A stretch of DNA of 64,000 nucleotides from Patescibacteria group bacterium (GTDB lineage: Bacteria; Patescibacteriota; UBA1384; 2-12-FULL-50-11): contig JALHMV010000003.1 of assembly GCA_022843855.1 (NCBI GenBank), positions 6,560 through 70,559 of the forward strand, in the 5' to 3' direction. This document shows, piece after piece, positions 17,130-26,226 of this stretch. Position 1 is the first letter of the stretch, and each line of letters starts with the position of its first letter. Under the pieces are notes generated by a model that did no database searches, was not told where the DNA came from, and worked only from the letters and a program-made list of their open reading frames with translations. The translations under genes and the position numbers were made by a program.

Positions 17130-18848
17130 ATGCCAGTAGAAACAAACACCACCGACGATCCAACATTCGAACCGCCCGTTGACGAGGCTCCGGCCGATGC
17201 CGCGCAAGATGACGCAGACTCCGGCCAAGCTGACGCTGATGAGCAAGCTGACGCAGGCCCTACGGATTCTGACGCCGATCAGCCCGCGGAAGCCGATCAG
17301 GCCGCGGAAGCGCCCGCTCTCAGCGACGAGCAGCTGATGAAACTGACGAACGACGACGTTCAGTTCATCATCAACAACCAAGGCAAGCTGCCGGCACATA
17401 TCTCGATCAACGCGGCCGGCGAGCTGGTCGTCGGCGACAAGGACGAGCCCGCGGCCGAACCGGAGGGGAAGGACGAGCCCGCGGCCGATGATGCGGCCGA
17501 TGCCGACGATGACATCGAGCGCCTGGTCAATGAATTTCAGTTCACCGACAACGCGGATCCCGACCTTCGTGCCGCCGAGGAAGCCAAATACCTCGACATG
17601 GTCGAATTGGCGGAGCCGGTCAAGAAGATGCTGGAGTACCGCGAGGAGAAACTCAAGGAGCTCCGGGAAAAGGTCGAAGAGCTCGAGAATTCGCCTGCCA
17701 ACGACAAGTACGCGGCCGAGCTTGCCGCGTCGCTCGACGAGTTGGTGAGCTTCGAGCGTGATCAATTCGGCGAGCTGACGCCCCGCACCGGTCCGCTTCG
17801 TGAGTATCTGCGGACGAACTTCCGCGATCAGTTGCCGTACCTGATCCGCGACCATCTGGCCGAGCCGAGCGCGGAGCATCCGGGCATGACGAACTTCCAA
17901 GCCATGCTCAAGACCTGGTTCGGTGCAAACGACGAGCAGATCGTCAATGTCGGCCGCTACCTGCTCCAGCAGGACCGGTACGCACTGCCCGAGCACGTGC
18001 CGGCCGGGATCGACGGCCGCGTTCGCGAAGCGTATCACCGCTCGCCCGATCGCGAGCGGATCGAACAAGCGGCCCGTGACCTGATCGACACCATCAACAA
18101 CGAGTCGGCAACGCCGGAAGCACGCAGCCGGGCACAGGAGGAGCTGCGGCAGATCAACCAGAATCTCGCCGTGATCCAGGACGGCATAGACGCCAAGAAT
18201 CGCGAACGGCAGGAAGCCCGGCAAGCCCCGATCCTCGCTCTGCAGAAACGGCAGGAACAAGCGTTCAACGAAACGCAGAAGCAGGCTGCCGGACTGCTCC
18301 GCGAATTCATCGACGACTACGTCAAGACCGTGGGCGAAATCGACCCGGCCGCCAATATCAATGGGCTCGCTCTCGGGAACGTGATCCGGAACGCTCTGTC
18401 GGACAACGATATCTACGCGCAAATGACCCGTGATCAGCTCAAGAATGAGGGCATTCGCGTCAATTGGGAGCTGGCTGAAAAGCACATCGAAAACCTCCAA
18501 GAGCTCCACGAAAAACGCCTCCTCCAAATGGAAGCCAAGGCCCATGACCGCGTGATCTCCAAGACCAACTCCGAGATCGAACGGATCGTCCGCGAGCTCC
18601 GCGGGATGCACAAGGATTTTCTCGGCCAGGTATCACGAAAACAGGCCGAATCGCTTAGCAAGAAGATCGCCAAGACCGCCAACGACGCTGCTCAACGGGC
18701 GAAGGTGCCCGCGACGCGTGCTCGGCCGCAGACGCGGACCGATTACGAAACCACAGTCATGGACTTCAGCAAAATGGAACCCGAGGAAGTGAGCAGCCGG
18801 GTTGGTGAGCTTCGTGCGAAATTGAGGGCCGCGGGCTTTCAAACCTAA
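17130..18848 (+). CDS. putative capsid scaffolding protein
   Basis: Acidic disordered N-terminus, long coiled coils, located between portal and capsid genes. Confidence 0.7.
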   Translation: MPVETNTTDDPTFEPPVDEAPADAAQDDADSGQADADEQADAGPTDSDADQPAEADQAAEAPALSDEQLMKLTNDDVQFIINNQGKLPAHISINAAGELVVGDKDEPAAEPEGKDEPAADDAADADDDIERLVNEFQFTDNADPDLRAAEEAKYLDMVELAEPVKKMLEYREEKLKELREKVEELENSPANDKYAAELAASLDELVSFERDQFGELTPRTGPLREYLRTNFRDQLPYLIRDHLAEPSAEHPGMTNFQAMLKTWFGANDEQIVNVGRYLLQQDRYALPEHVPAGIDGRVREAYHRSPDRERIEQAARDLIDTINNESATPEARSRAQEELRQINQNLAVIQDGIDAKNRERQEARQAPILALQKRQEQAFNETQKQAAGLLREFIDDYVKTVGEIDPAANINGLALGNVIRNALSDNDIYAQMTRDQLKNEGIRVNWELAEKHIENLQELHEKRLLQMEAKAHDRVISKTNSEIERIVRELRGMHKDFLGQVSRKQAESLSKKIAKTANDAAQRAKVPATRARPQTRTDYETTVMDFSKMEPEEVSSRVGELRAKLRAAGFQT

Positions 18849-18889
18849 TTTTTATCAAGGGGGAAATTCAGACTTAAAGGAGCACTAAT

Positions 18890-20230
18890 ATGGCAAATCC
18901 GACTTTGTTGCAGAACTATTCGGCCGCAGTTAAGGCCGACATGCGCAATAAGATCATCCAGCAGAAGACGCAAAAGGCCGTCACATTAGCTACCTTCAAA
19001 TCCGGTTCGGGTGCTCGCAACGAATCGGGTGCGATGGTGGGGCTGGAGATCCCGTACAAGCGTGGCGTCACGTTTGGTGAAACCGCTTTGAACCCGCTTC
19101 GGCGTGTGACCTCGTTCGAACCGATGGTCTCGCCGAAGACCGCGAAGATGTTCGTCGGCCTGACGTACTCAGGCTTTACGGTGGAATCTGAATGGTTCCA
19201 CGAAAAGGACGCTGCTCGCAACAAGCTGCCCGAGGGCGAAAGCGACTTTCAGCGCGATGTCGTGCTGACCTACTATCAGCACCAGAATTGGTACTCGATC
19301 GGACCCGGCACCGGGATCATCGGCTACTTCACGACCAGCGGCGGCAGCGGCCTCCATTCGTTCGCGTTCGATAACACCGCTCGCGGACGTTCGAAGGGTT
19401 CGCTTCGTGTCGCCGTGTCGCCGGGAACGAGCTCTGAGGAGCGTGTGCTCTATCAGGCGGTCGACGAGGCGACCAACACGGTGACCGCGACGTTCTACGT
19501 CGTATCGAAGCCGTCGTCCGTGACCGCTCAGGTCATCGTGCTTTCCGGTGCGATCACTGCCGGCAACGGTGTTGTTCGCTACGGACATTACAACCGCGTA
19601 ATGTACGGGCTCGGCTACCACATCAACCACGTTCCGCGGACCTCGTACCAGGGTGCGGACACCACGGTCGACGACTTCCTGAACTCGATCGGCATCGATT
19701 GCGACGGCGGACCGATGACGGCAACGCTGCTCGACAGCGGCAAGCTGGCCATGGAGGTCGAGGCGAACGATAGCACGGCGCATAAGAACAAAATGTTCCA
19801 CATGACGCACGGCCATCACCGATCCCTCGCCGCCTACGGCTACGATCTTCGCACCTACAATGCCGAAAAGGGCGACGCCATGAAGTCTTTTGGCGTTCCG
19901 CGGTATTACGAGGACGAGGACTCGATCTGGGCCCGCGACGAGGACATGGAAGACGCCTACCTCTACGGCCGTCACCGCTCCGACTATTGGGAGTATCGGC
20001 AGGCAGCGATCGATGAAGTTACGAACGGAAAAGAGCAGTATCCGGGCGTCAACCTCGTTGGTTCGACCGAGCACTACCGCAATTGGGGTGAAGCGAAGAA
20101 CATCGCATGGGACGCTCGCGGCGAAAAAGGCGACAACACCGGCAACGGTAAGCCGAACTCGTCGATCGTGTTCTATAACCTCGAAATTCCGGCGACGAAT
20201 CAGGTTGCCCGAGGACGTTCACTCGTCTAA
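18890..20230 (+). CDS. major capsid protein
   Basis: 446 aa; AAAGGAG SD; follows the scaffold gene; followed by a terminator; contains RVMYGLGYHI and SYQGAD segments. Confidence 0.75.
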   Translation: MANPTLLQNYSAAVKADMRNKIIQQKTQKAVTLATFKSGSGARNESGAMVGLEIPYKRGVTFGETALNPLRRVTSFEPMVSPKTAKMFVGLTYSGFTVESEWFHEKDAARNKLPEGESDFQRDVVLTYYQHQNWYSIGPGTGIIGYFTTSGGSGLHSFAFDNTARGRSKGSLRVAVSPGTSSEERVLYQAVDEATNTVTATFYVVSKPSSVTAQVIVLSGAITAGNGVVRYGHYNRVMYGLGYHINHVPRTSYQGADTTVDDFLNSIGIDCDGGPMTATLLDSGKLAMEVEANDSTAHKNKMFHMTHGHHRSLAAYGYDLRTYNAEKGDAMKSFGVPRYYEDEDSIWARDEDMEDAYLYGRHRSDYWEYRQAAIDEVTNGKEQYPGVNLVGSTEHYRNWGEAKNIAWDARGEKGDNTGNGKPNSSIVFYNLEIPATNQVARGRSLV

Positions 20231-20243
20231 TCCTCCACTGGAC

Positions 20244-20275
20244 GCAGGAGTACCCGATGGTGCTCCTGCATTTTT
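20244..20275 (+). terminator. intrinsic terminator after capsid gene
   Basis: GCAGGAGTACC-CGAT-GGTGCTCCTGC-ATTTTT. Confidence 0.8.
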
Positions 20276-20284
20276 GAAATTCTT

Positions 20285-21139
20285 ATGACCGACGAAACGA
20301 AAATTCCTTTGGCGACAGAAGCAGTAACGGCGTTGAACGATCCGGACGCCTGGGTGCGTGATTCGCAGCCGGCTACCGGACCGCATGACGACCGCCTGCC
20401 CGACGTTCAACGGCAATTGGATCAGCTCGTCGGACTGACGCGTGACCTGAAAAGTATCGTCAAGATCGTCTGGAACGGCGATCAGCGATATTGGAAGCGT
20501 GTCTATCGCAAGTGGGACACCGAAGGCGAGCCGATGGGTGATTCCATCGGCCGCCCGGTCCTGCTTTACAAGACCATTCGGGATCCGCACGGCAACGTCG
20601 TCCGCGATTCATTTCCGCCTCGCTACCTCGTGCTCACCCGGATCGAGCCCGAGCAGTACCACGACGAATGGGCAAAGGACGGCACGATCTACCATCCGCG
20701 ATTCAGAAAGCGTATCCGGATCAAGCCGGCCGAACCGCCGAAGGATTGGTACATCTGGCTGATGACGGTCGCCGAGCACGACGGGCGATGCTGCTTTGAA
20801 GCTCAGCAGCAGGAACGCTCGTGTTTCGGTTCGTACGCGCCTCCGGCAGCGTGTTTGCCCGCGATCAAGGCGATGGTCGATGGGGCGAAGGAATCCGGGA
20901 TCAAGACGAACCCGTTCGACTCGTCGGACGCTCTGACTCGTCGCCAGATCGACAACTCGATCAACAACTACAACATGCAGGCACTCAAAGATGCCGAGTT
21001 CACGCTGTCCATGGCAGCCTCAGAATTCCCGCTCGCGTTCGCTACTCCGCAGGAGCTCGCCGGGGGCCTCAGCCTGGCCGAGATCCGGCGACGAGCAGCT
21101 GACCGGGCCAAGAGAAAGGTCGAAACGTTCGACCGCTAA
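20285..21139 (+). CDS. hypothetical protein
   Basis: 284-aa ORF with coding-like bias. Confidence 0.75.
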   Translation: MTDETKIPLATEAVTALNDPDAWVRDSQPATGPHDDRLPDVQRQLDQLVGLTRDLKSIVKIVWNGDQRYWKRVYRKWDTEGEPMGDSIGRPVLLYKTIRDPHGNVVRDSFPPRYLVLTRIEPEQYHDEWAKDGTIYHPRFRKRIRIKPAEPPKDWYIWLMTVAEHDGRCCFEAQQQERSCFGSYAPPAACLPAIKAMVDGAKESGIKTNPFDSSDALTRRQIDNSINNYNMQALKDAEFTLSMAASEFPLAFATPQELAGGLSLAEIRRRAADRAKRKVETFDR

Positions 21140-21147
21140 GGAGAAAT

Positions 21148-22416
21148 ATGGAACCAACGATCGCAACAGCACCACAGACCGTGGATTATGATTTCGAAAG
21201 ACCGGCCGTTCCGACAAAGACCAGCCGCTATGTCTTCTTTGCCGGCAACGTGATCCCGCCATCCGTCCGGGCCTTAACGCAGGCGTGGACGCGCGGCGGA
21301 GTGATCCGTGCCGAGTATGGCAGCCTCCGGCACAACGGCGGCTACATCCCGCAGTGCGAGATAACGCCCTGCCGCCCGTACATGGTCGCCGAGGACGTCA
21401 ATCTCGTTCACGCCGAACGGCGCGGAGATAAGCAGGAAACCGCGATCCTCAACGTCAAGGGCCAGCGCACCGAGGTCGGCTACTACGTCGATGCCGATAC
21501 CGGCGAACGGAAGTGGGATGGCCTGCTTCGGACGCTCCGCTATCCGGACCGGGAGATCATGACGCTCATCGGAAAGCAGGACGGCATCGTGGAAATGCCC
21601 GTCCAGAACGATGAGGAAATGATGGCCGCTCAGTTCTTCCTGTTCCCGAATTGGGACCGGATCAGCACTAACAGCCTGATCCTGCCGCCGACGCTGAATT
21701 CGCTTGAAGCGTACTTTCAGGAACGACGCCAGGCGGCCACGACGCAGTTCGAAATGGACGTCGCCGAGGCTGCTCTGCGGAGCTGCCGCGACTTCCGTGT
21801 CTTTGGCAACGCGGTCATTGCCCGAGCCAACGAGGCGTTCGAAATGCACAAGACCAAGGGCCTTTCGTATCGCTACGGCCAGACCGCAGAGATCATGTTC
21901 GCGTTCCTCGAAGTTCCGCGGCTCGACATCGTCAACCAGCAGCAGGCCCAGATGATGGACAAGCTGACCAAGGCACTGACGACGCTCGCCGAAACGCAGT
22001 CGGTCATGGCGTCGAACCAGATCGCAGGCAGTTCTCCGGCACCTGCTGCGGCAGCCCCGAACGTCGACGCTCCGGCCATCAAGCCGGAAGCGCTTGAGAT
22101 CGCGTCAATGCTGTCCAGCTTGAAGCCCGAGGATCTGGCTGCAATTCGCTCTGTGATCGACGTAAACCGCTCGACGGCTACCGAACTACCCGTCGAGGGC
22201 GAAAACGAGCAGGAAAGCCCCATTCCGCCTAAAACAGCAGGCATTAAAACGCCGCTGCCACTGGCCGGTGACGTTGTTCGCGTCGGTGAGCGGACCGGCA
22301 AGATCGCAAAGATGCTCGCCGGCATCGCAGCCGGAAAGGGCAAGGTGCTTTTCGACGGCGACGAGAACCCGGAAACGGTCGATTTCACCAAGGTCGAGTT
22401 TGAGGTTGTGAACTAA
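21148..22416 (+). CDS. hypothetical protein with C-terminal SH3/KOW-like barrel
   Basis: AAGGAG SD; C-terminal GDVVRVGERTGKIAK...GKVLFDG. Confidence 0.75.
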   Translation: MEPTIATAPQTVDYDFERPAVPTKTSRYVFFAGNVIPPSVRALTQAWTRGGVIRAEYGSLRHNGGYIPQCEITPCRPYMVAEDVNLVHAERRGDKQETAILNVKGQRTEVGYYVDADTGERKWDGLLRTLRYPDREIMTLIGKQDGIVEMPVQNDEEMMAAQFFLFPNWDRISTNSLILPPTLNSLEAYFQERRQAATTQFEMDVAEAALRSCRDFRVFGNAVIARANEAFEMHKTKGLSYRYGQTAEIMFAFLEVPRLDIVNQQQAQMMDKLTKALTTLAETQSVMASNQIAGSSPAPAAAAPNVDAPAIKPEALEIASMLSSLKPEDLAAIRSVIDVNRSTATELPVEGENEQESPIPPKTAGIKTPLPLAGDVVRVGERTGKIAKMLAGIAAGKGKVLFDGDENPETVDFTKVEFEVVN

Positions 22417-23180
22417 TGCTGACACGCGGCGAAGAGTTTCAGGAAGTGAGGCGGCTTTTGGGATTTCCGAAGTTCCAAAAGCCCAGCCCCGACGAGATCT
22501 TCTCGGGGCTCTTCGCCGCGGAGCAGTACATCCGCAACGCAATGACCAATTCGCGTCGTGAGTGGACGCTCAACCGGGCAACCATTACCACGGTCGCGGA
22601 CCAGGCGGAATATCAGGTCGTGCCGGCAGATGTCAACGGACGGCCGGGAATGCCTCCGGGCAAGCCATGGAACATCTATCACGTGCTTGAGAACGGGCAG
22701 ATCCTGCCGATCCCGTGGACCGATGTCGTCAACGAAATGAGCAACCAGCATTACGAGTTCGTTGTTCTGCCGCCGACGATCAACGTCAATCCCGGCTATT
22801 ACAACCTCTCGGCGCAGAAGGCAGCCTTCTTTCGTCAGGATTCGCAGCTGTGGGTGCGTCTGTTCCCGATCCCGGATACGGCAGATACCGAGTACGTGAT
22901 CCAGTACATCACGGGGCGTTCGGATTACGGGCTTTACGATTGGAACGATCGCCCGGAATCGTTCGAGTACACGACGCTGAAGACCGTAATGGCCGCAATG
23001 CGGGTTGTTGGGAACAGCGAGTGGGAAGGCCACTCGCTCGAACAAACCCTTCGCCGTCGCAGCGATCTGCGGGCAGACCTCGCGAATCAATTCACGCTGT
23101 TCAGGGAACAGTTCGAAAGCCATATCGGCAATCTGCAGAATGAACCGGTTTCAGATACCGGCTATTGGTGGGAGATCTAA
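22416..23180 (+). CDS. head-tail adaptor-like protein
   Basis: N-terminal helix FQEVRRLLG; ITTVADQAEYQV; LFPIPDTA-x-YVIQY motif. Confidence 0.7.
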   Translation: MLTRGEEFQEVRRLLGFPKFQKPSPDEIFSGLFAAEQYIRNAMTNSRREWTLNRATITTVADQAEYQVVPADVNGRPGMPPGKPWNIYHVLENGQILPIPWTDVVNEMSNQHYEFVVLPPTINVNPGYYNLSAQKAAFFRQDSQLWVRLFPIPDTADTEYVIQYITGRSDYGLYDWNDRPESFEYTTLKTVMAAMRVVGNSEWEGHSLEQTLRRRSDLRADLANQFTLFREQFESHIGNLQNEPVSDTGYWWEI

Positions 23181-23181
23181 C

Positions 23182-23580
23182 ATGGGAGCAATTCATTCAA
23201 GAGTTTCGCACGAGGCCAAACGGCTGCGGCAAGTGACGGGAGCGACCAACAACGTCCTGGTCGTGCCGTACGTCGAGGTAATTCCGGTCAACGGCTATAC
23301 CGAATCCGTTGGCCTCGCCAACACGATCATGGACATCGAGATCCGTAACGTCGGCGGAGCTCCTTCGGGCGGAGCGGTGAGCGTGCTGATCGAGTCACAT
23401 ACGAATCAGGCATTCCCGACCACTCCGCGCACGCTGGCGACCGTAGCCTTTGCCTCTATTCCCGATGACACATCGGTCATGGTCGAGGACGTCGCGGACG
23501 GCAAAAGCTACATTCGCGTCAGCAACACTTCGGACGTCGAGATCGAGGTCCGTTATTGGAGAAAGCCGGATAGGATCTGA
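23182..23580 (+). CDS. hypothetical beta-rich virion protein
   Basis: GGAG SD; stop overlaps the next start. Confidence 0.7.
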   Translation: MGAIHSRVSHEAKRLRQVTGATNNVLVVPYVEVIPVNGYTESVGLANTIMDIEIRNVGGAPSGGAVSVLIESHTNQAFPTTPRTLATVAFASIPDDTSVMVEDVADGKSYIRVSNTSDVEIEVRYWRKPDRI

Positions 23581-24608
23581 TGCCATACCCTTATCAGGAC
23601 ATAGCTAAGTTCGTCGCTCTCCGCACTCGTCAGATCGAGGGCGGGGATGAGGCTGCTCGGCGTGCCGCGTTCGAGGCCGTCAGCATCGACACCGAGCTTG
23701 ATGGTGCCGATATTCCGTGGGGATCACTCAAGCGGGACATCATCGCCGTCGCCACAGAGCTCGCGAACGCGATCGCCAACTCCAACAATCCGCAGTTCCG
23801 CCGAGCATTGCAGTCCGAAAGCCTTAGCGTAGCAAGTCCGGGGCTAGTGCCGCTGAACGATGCCGCAGGCGTTCGTTTCATCGGCAGCTTCGACGCGATC
23901 TACGATGCGACGGACGGTAAGGCGTTGACCGAGCAGCCGTTTCGCGTCGTCAGCCGGCGCATCGAAAACGCCGGAGCGTTCTACAAGATCCCGGCGTACT
24001 ACTACGCGATGCTCGGGTCGAGGATCTATCACACGCGGCCGAACGTAAGATTTCGCGGATGTGCCTGGGACGTCGACCAGCAATCGACCTTGTTCGATAC
24101 TGTCGGCACCGTGCCGGCAACGCGGACATTCAATGCCGGCAACGTCGATACGGCGACCGATCAGATCGACATTACCGCTCACCCGTTCTATACCGGCCTT
24201 CGGGTTCAACTCACGACCGATGGGACGCTGCCTGCTCCGCTGACGCCGGGGCAGTTCGTATTCATCATCGTCGAGGATGTCGACAATATCGCGTTCGCGA
24301 ACACCTATACCGATGCGCTTTTAAACAACCGCATCAACCTGACGACCGCGGGGTCCGGGACGCACACAGTTACGCCGCAGGAAGCATCCGTTGGAGGGCT
24401 TTGCCCGCTTCCTGACGCATTGAAGGTCTTGCACGCGTGCAAGGTGTTGGCCCGTCAACCACAGGAGGATTGGCTGGCCAACGAGGGCGGCTACTACCAA
24501 GGGATCGCCGATCGGCTAGAAGCCGACGTGATCGCTGGTCGTGCCGAGCTTAAAACGCTACCGGCGATGCCGCTGAATACGGTCAATGCCGATCCGATCA
24601 AAGGCTAA
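23580..24608 (+). CDS. adaptor-like virion protein with inserted beta module
   Basis: Helical N- and C-termini (CPLPDAL); insert VDTATDQIDITAHPFYTGLRVQLTT. Confidence 0.65.
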   Translation: MPYPYQDIAKFVALRTRQIEGGDEAARRAAFEAVSIDTELDGADIPWGSLKRDIIAVATELANAIANSNNPQFRRALQSESLSVASPGLVPLNDAAGVRFIGSFDAIYDATDGKALTEQPFRVVSRRIENAGAFYKIPAYYYAMLGSRIYHTRPNVRFRGCAWDVDQQSTLFDTVGTVPATRTFNAGNVDTATDQIDITAHPFYTGLRVQLTTDGTLPAPLTPGQFVFIIVEDVDNIAFANTYTDALLNNRINLTTAGSGTHTVTPQEASVGGLCPLPDALKVLHACKVLARQPQEDWLANEGGYYQGIADRLEADVIAGRAELKTLPAMPLNTVNADPIKG

Positions 24609-24634
24609 ATTTCAATAATTCAAGGAGCAATCTT

Positions 24635-25189
24635 ATGACTGAAGCAAGAAAAAGAGCAGATTTTATAGAGCCGACGAGCGTCGGCATCGGCGTCAAAGCA
24701 GACAGCGACCTCATCGTGGACGAGCAAAAAGGCCTCATCCATCGGACGCTGATCAATCTCGTTGACGAGGAGATCGCGATCATCGACACAGGCGGTGCGA
24801 ACGGCGGCTACGGTTCGAAAAAGCTGATGGACCTGCCGAAGGGCAACATCCTATTCCTCGGAGCCACGACTCGCCTGACCAGCATCGTCGCGGCTGCCGG
24901 TATCGGAGTGACCGCAGCCGTCAAGCACTCGGTCGGTTCGGCCGCAGAAGCCACGAACGATACGCTTGATTCGGTGCAGGCCAACATCGTGCCTTCGACC
25001 AGCATCACGCTGGCCGCGAGTGCCGGTTCGGGCGGCGGGGCGAGCACCGGACAAACGGTCGTTGATGGCCGGTCATCGGCAGCCGATATCGTCCTCAACT
25101 TCGGTGTCGCCGATGCTGGCATCAGCGCGAACAGCTCGGTGACCGTCAGCGGCCAGGTCGAAGTGTTCTGGCTCAATCTTGGAGCATAA
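24635..25189 (+). CDS. putative minor structural/decoration protein
   Basis: AAGGAG SD; Ala/Gly/Ser/Val-rich beta protein (LMDLPKGNILFLGA...GQVEVFW). Confidence 0.65.
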   Translation: MTEARKRADFIEPTSVGIGVKADSDLIVDEQKGLIHRTLINLVDEEIAIIDTGGANGGYGSKKLMDLPKGNILFLGATTRLTSIVAAAGIGVTAAVKHSVGSAAEATNDTLDSVQANIVPSTSITLAASAGSGGGASTGQTVVDGRSSAADIVLNFGVADAGISANSSVTVSGQVEVFWLNLGA

Positions 25190-26226
25190 TGGCAACACTA
25201 ACTGAAATCATTGCCCGCGCCGAACAGCTTGCTGTTGGGCGCGGCATTGATCCCCATCAAAGCCAGCTGATCGATTCGGAAATGACCGCCGAGACGATCA
25301 TGCCGCACGCTCTCCGATACGTGATCCGAAAGCAGATCGCGGAGGAGCCGGGTGCGCTCAACAACCTCGTCCGTGAACAGTTCATCGACCTCACCAACGG
25401 TGAGGGCGTTCTCGATGAGACGTTCATGCGGGAATATCTCGATTCTTCGTACATCACCGGCAAGCCTTATGCGTCACTCGTGCCGTACACGGATTTCGAC
25501 CGCCAGCGGTACGACAATCTGATCTGTTACTACACGGCGAGCGGGCTCAAGTTCCGGACGAGCTGCGGCGCTGACGATCCCACGGAAACCCCGGTCCCGA
25601 ATAATGGTGAGATGGACGCGACCGCAGACTTTACGGTCATGATCGCCCCATCGGCGAACTTCTCGGTCGATAACAAGGACAATCGGTTGCAGATCACGGA
25701 TGGGACAACGCTCGTGTTCGACGGGTTCGTTGACGATGCCAACTCGGCGACGGAGCTGGAGCTGCGGGGCCGCAATCTGGCGACGACATCGGCCGGAAAT
25801 GCGATCATCTGGAGCCAGGTCGATTACATCACGCTCCGCGAACATGACGCCACGGTCACGACGACGGCGTTCTCGAACGTGGTCAACGTCACCAACGGCC
25901 GCTTTACCAGCCGCGACATCGGACGGCGATACACCATCACGGATAATACCGGCGCGATCGTCGTCGATGCGATCATCACGGCGGTCAACTCGCTGACACA
26001 GATCGAACTTGGGGCAAAGGTCCTGGCTGCCGGCAGCAACCTGCATGGATCGGTCCGTGGCCTCGGTGTGTACCTGAACATTCCGTCGTTCCCGTCGACC
26101 GACCTCGACGCGGACGAGGAGCTCGATATCTCGGAAAAGCTCGTTGACGATGTGGTCGTTACTATCGCTGCGGTACTGACCGGCGACATTCGCTTCGATC
26201 AGCTTTTGAATTACAAAATGCAATGA
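25189..26226 (+). CDS. adaptor-like virion protein with two tandem beta modules
   Basis: MATLTEII start; two related units (ANFSVDNKDNRLQITD / GRFTSRDIGRRYTITD). Confidence 0.65.
   Translation: MATLTEIIARAEQLAVGRGIDPHQSQLIDSEMTAETIMPHALRYVIRKQIAEEPGALNNLVREQFIDLTNGEGVLDETFMREYLDSSYITGKPYASLVPYTDFDRQRYDNLICYYTASGLKFRTSCGADDPTETPVPNNGEMDATADFTVMIAPSANFSVDNKDNRLQITDGTTLVFDGFVDDANSATELELRGRNLATTSAGNAIIWSQVDYITLREHDATVTTTAFSNVVNVTNGRFTSRDIGRRYTITDNTGAIVVDAIITAVNSLTQIELGAKVLAAGSNLHGSVRGLGVYLNIPSFPSTDLDADEELDISEKLVDDVVVTIAAVLTGDIRFDQLLNYKMQ

Noticed and set aside
17274-17490. Short direct repeats in the scaffold N-terminus (GCCGATCAG-CCGCGGAA, AAGGACGAGCCCGCGGCCGA)
   Set aside because: Ordinary low-complexity coding duplications in a disordered acidic region.
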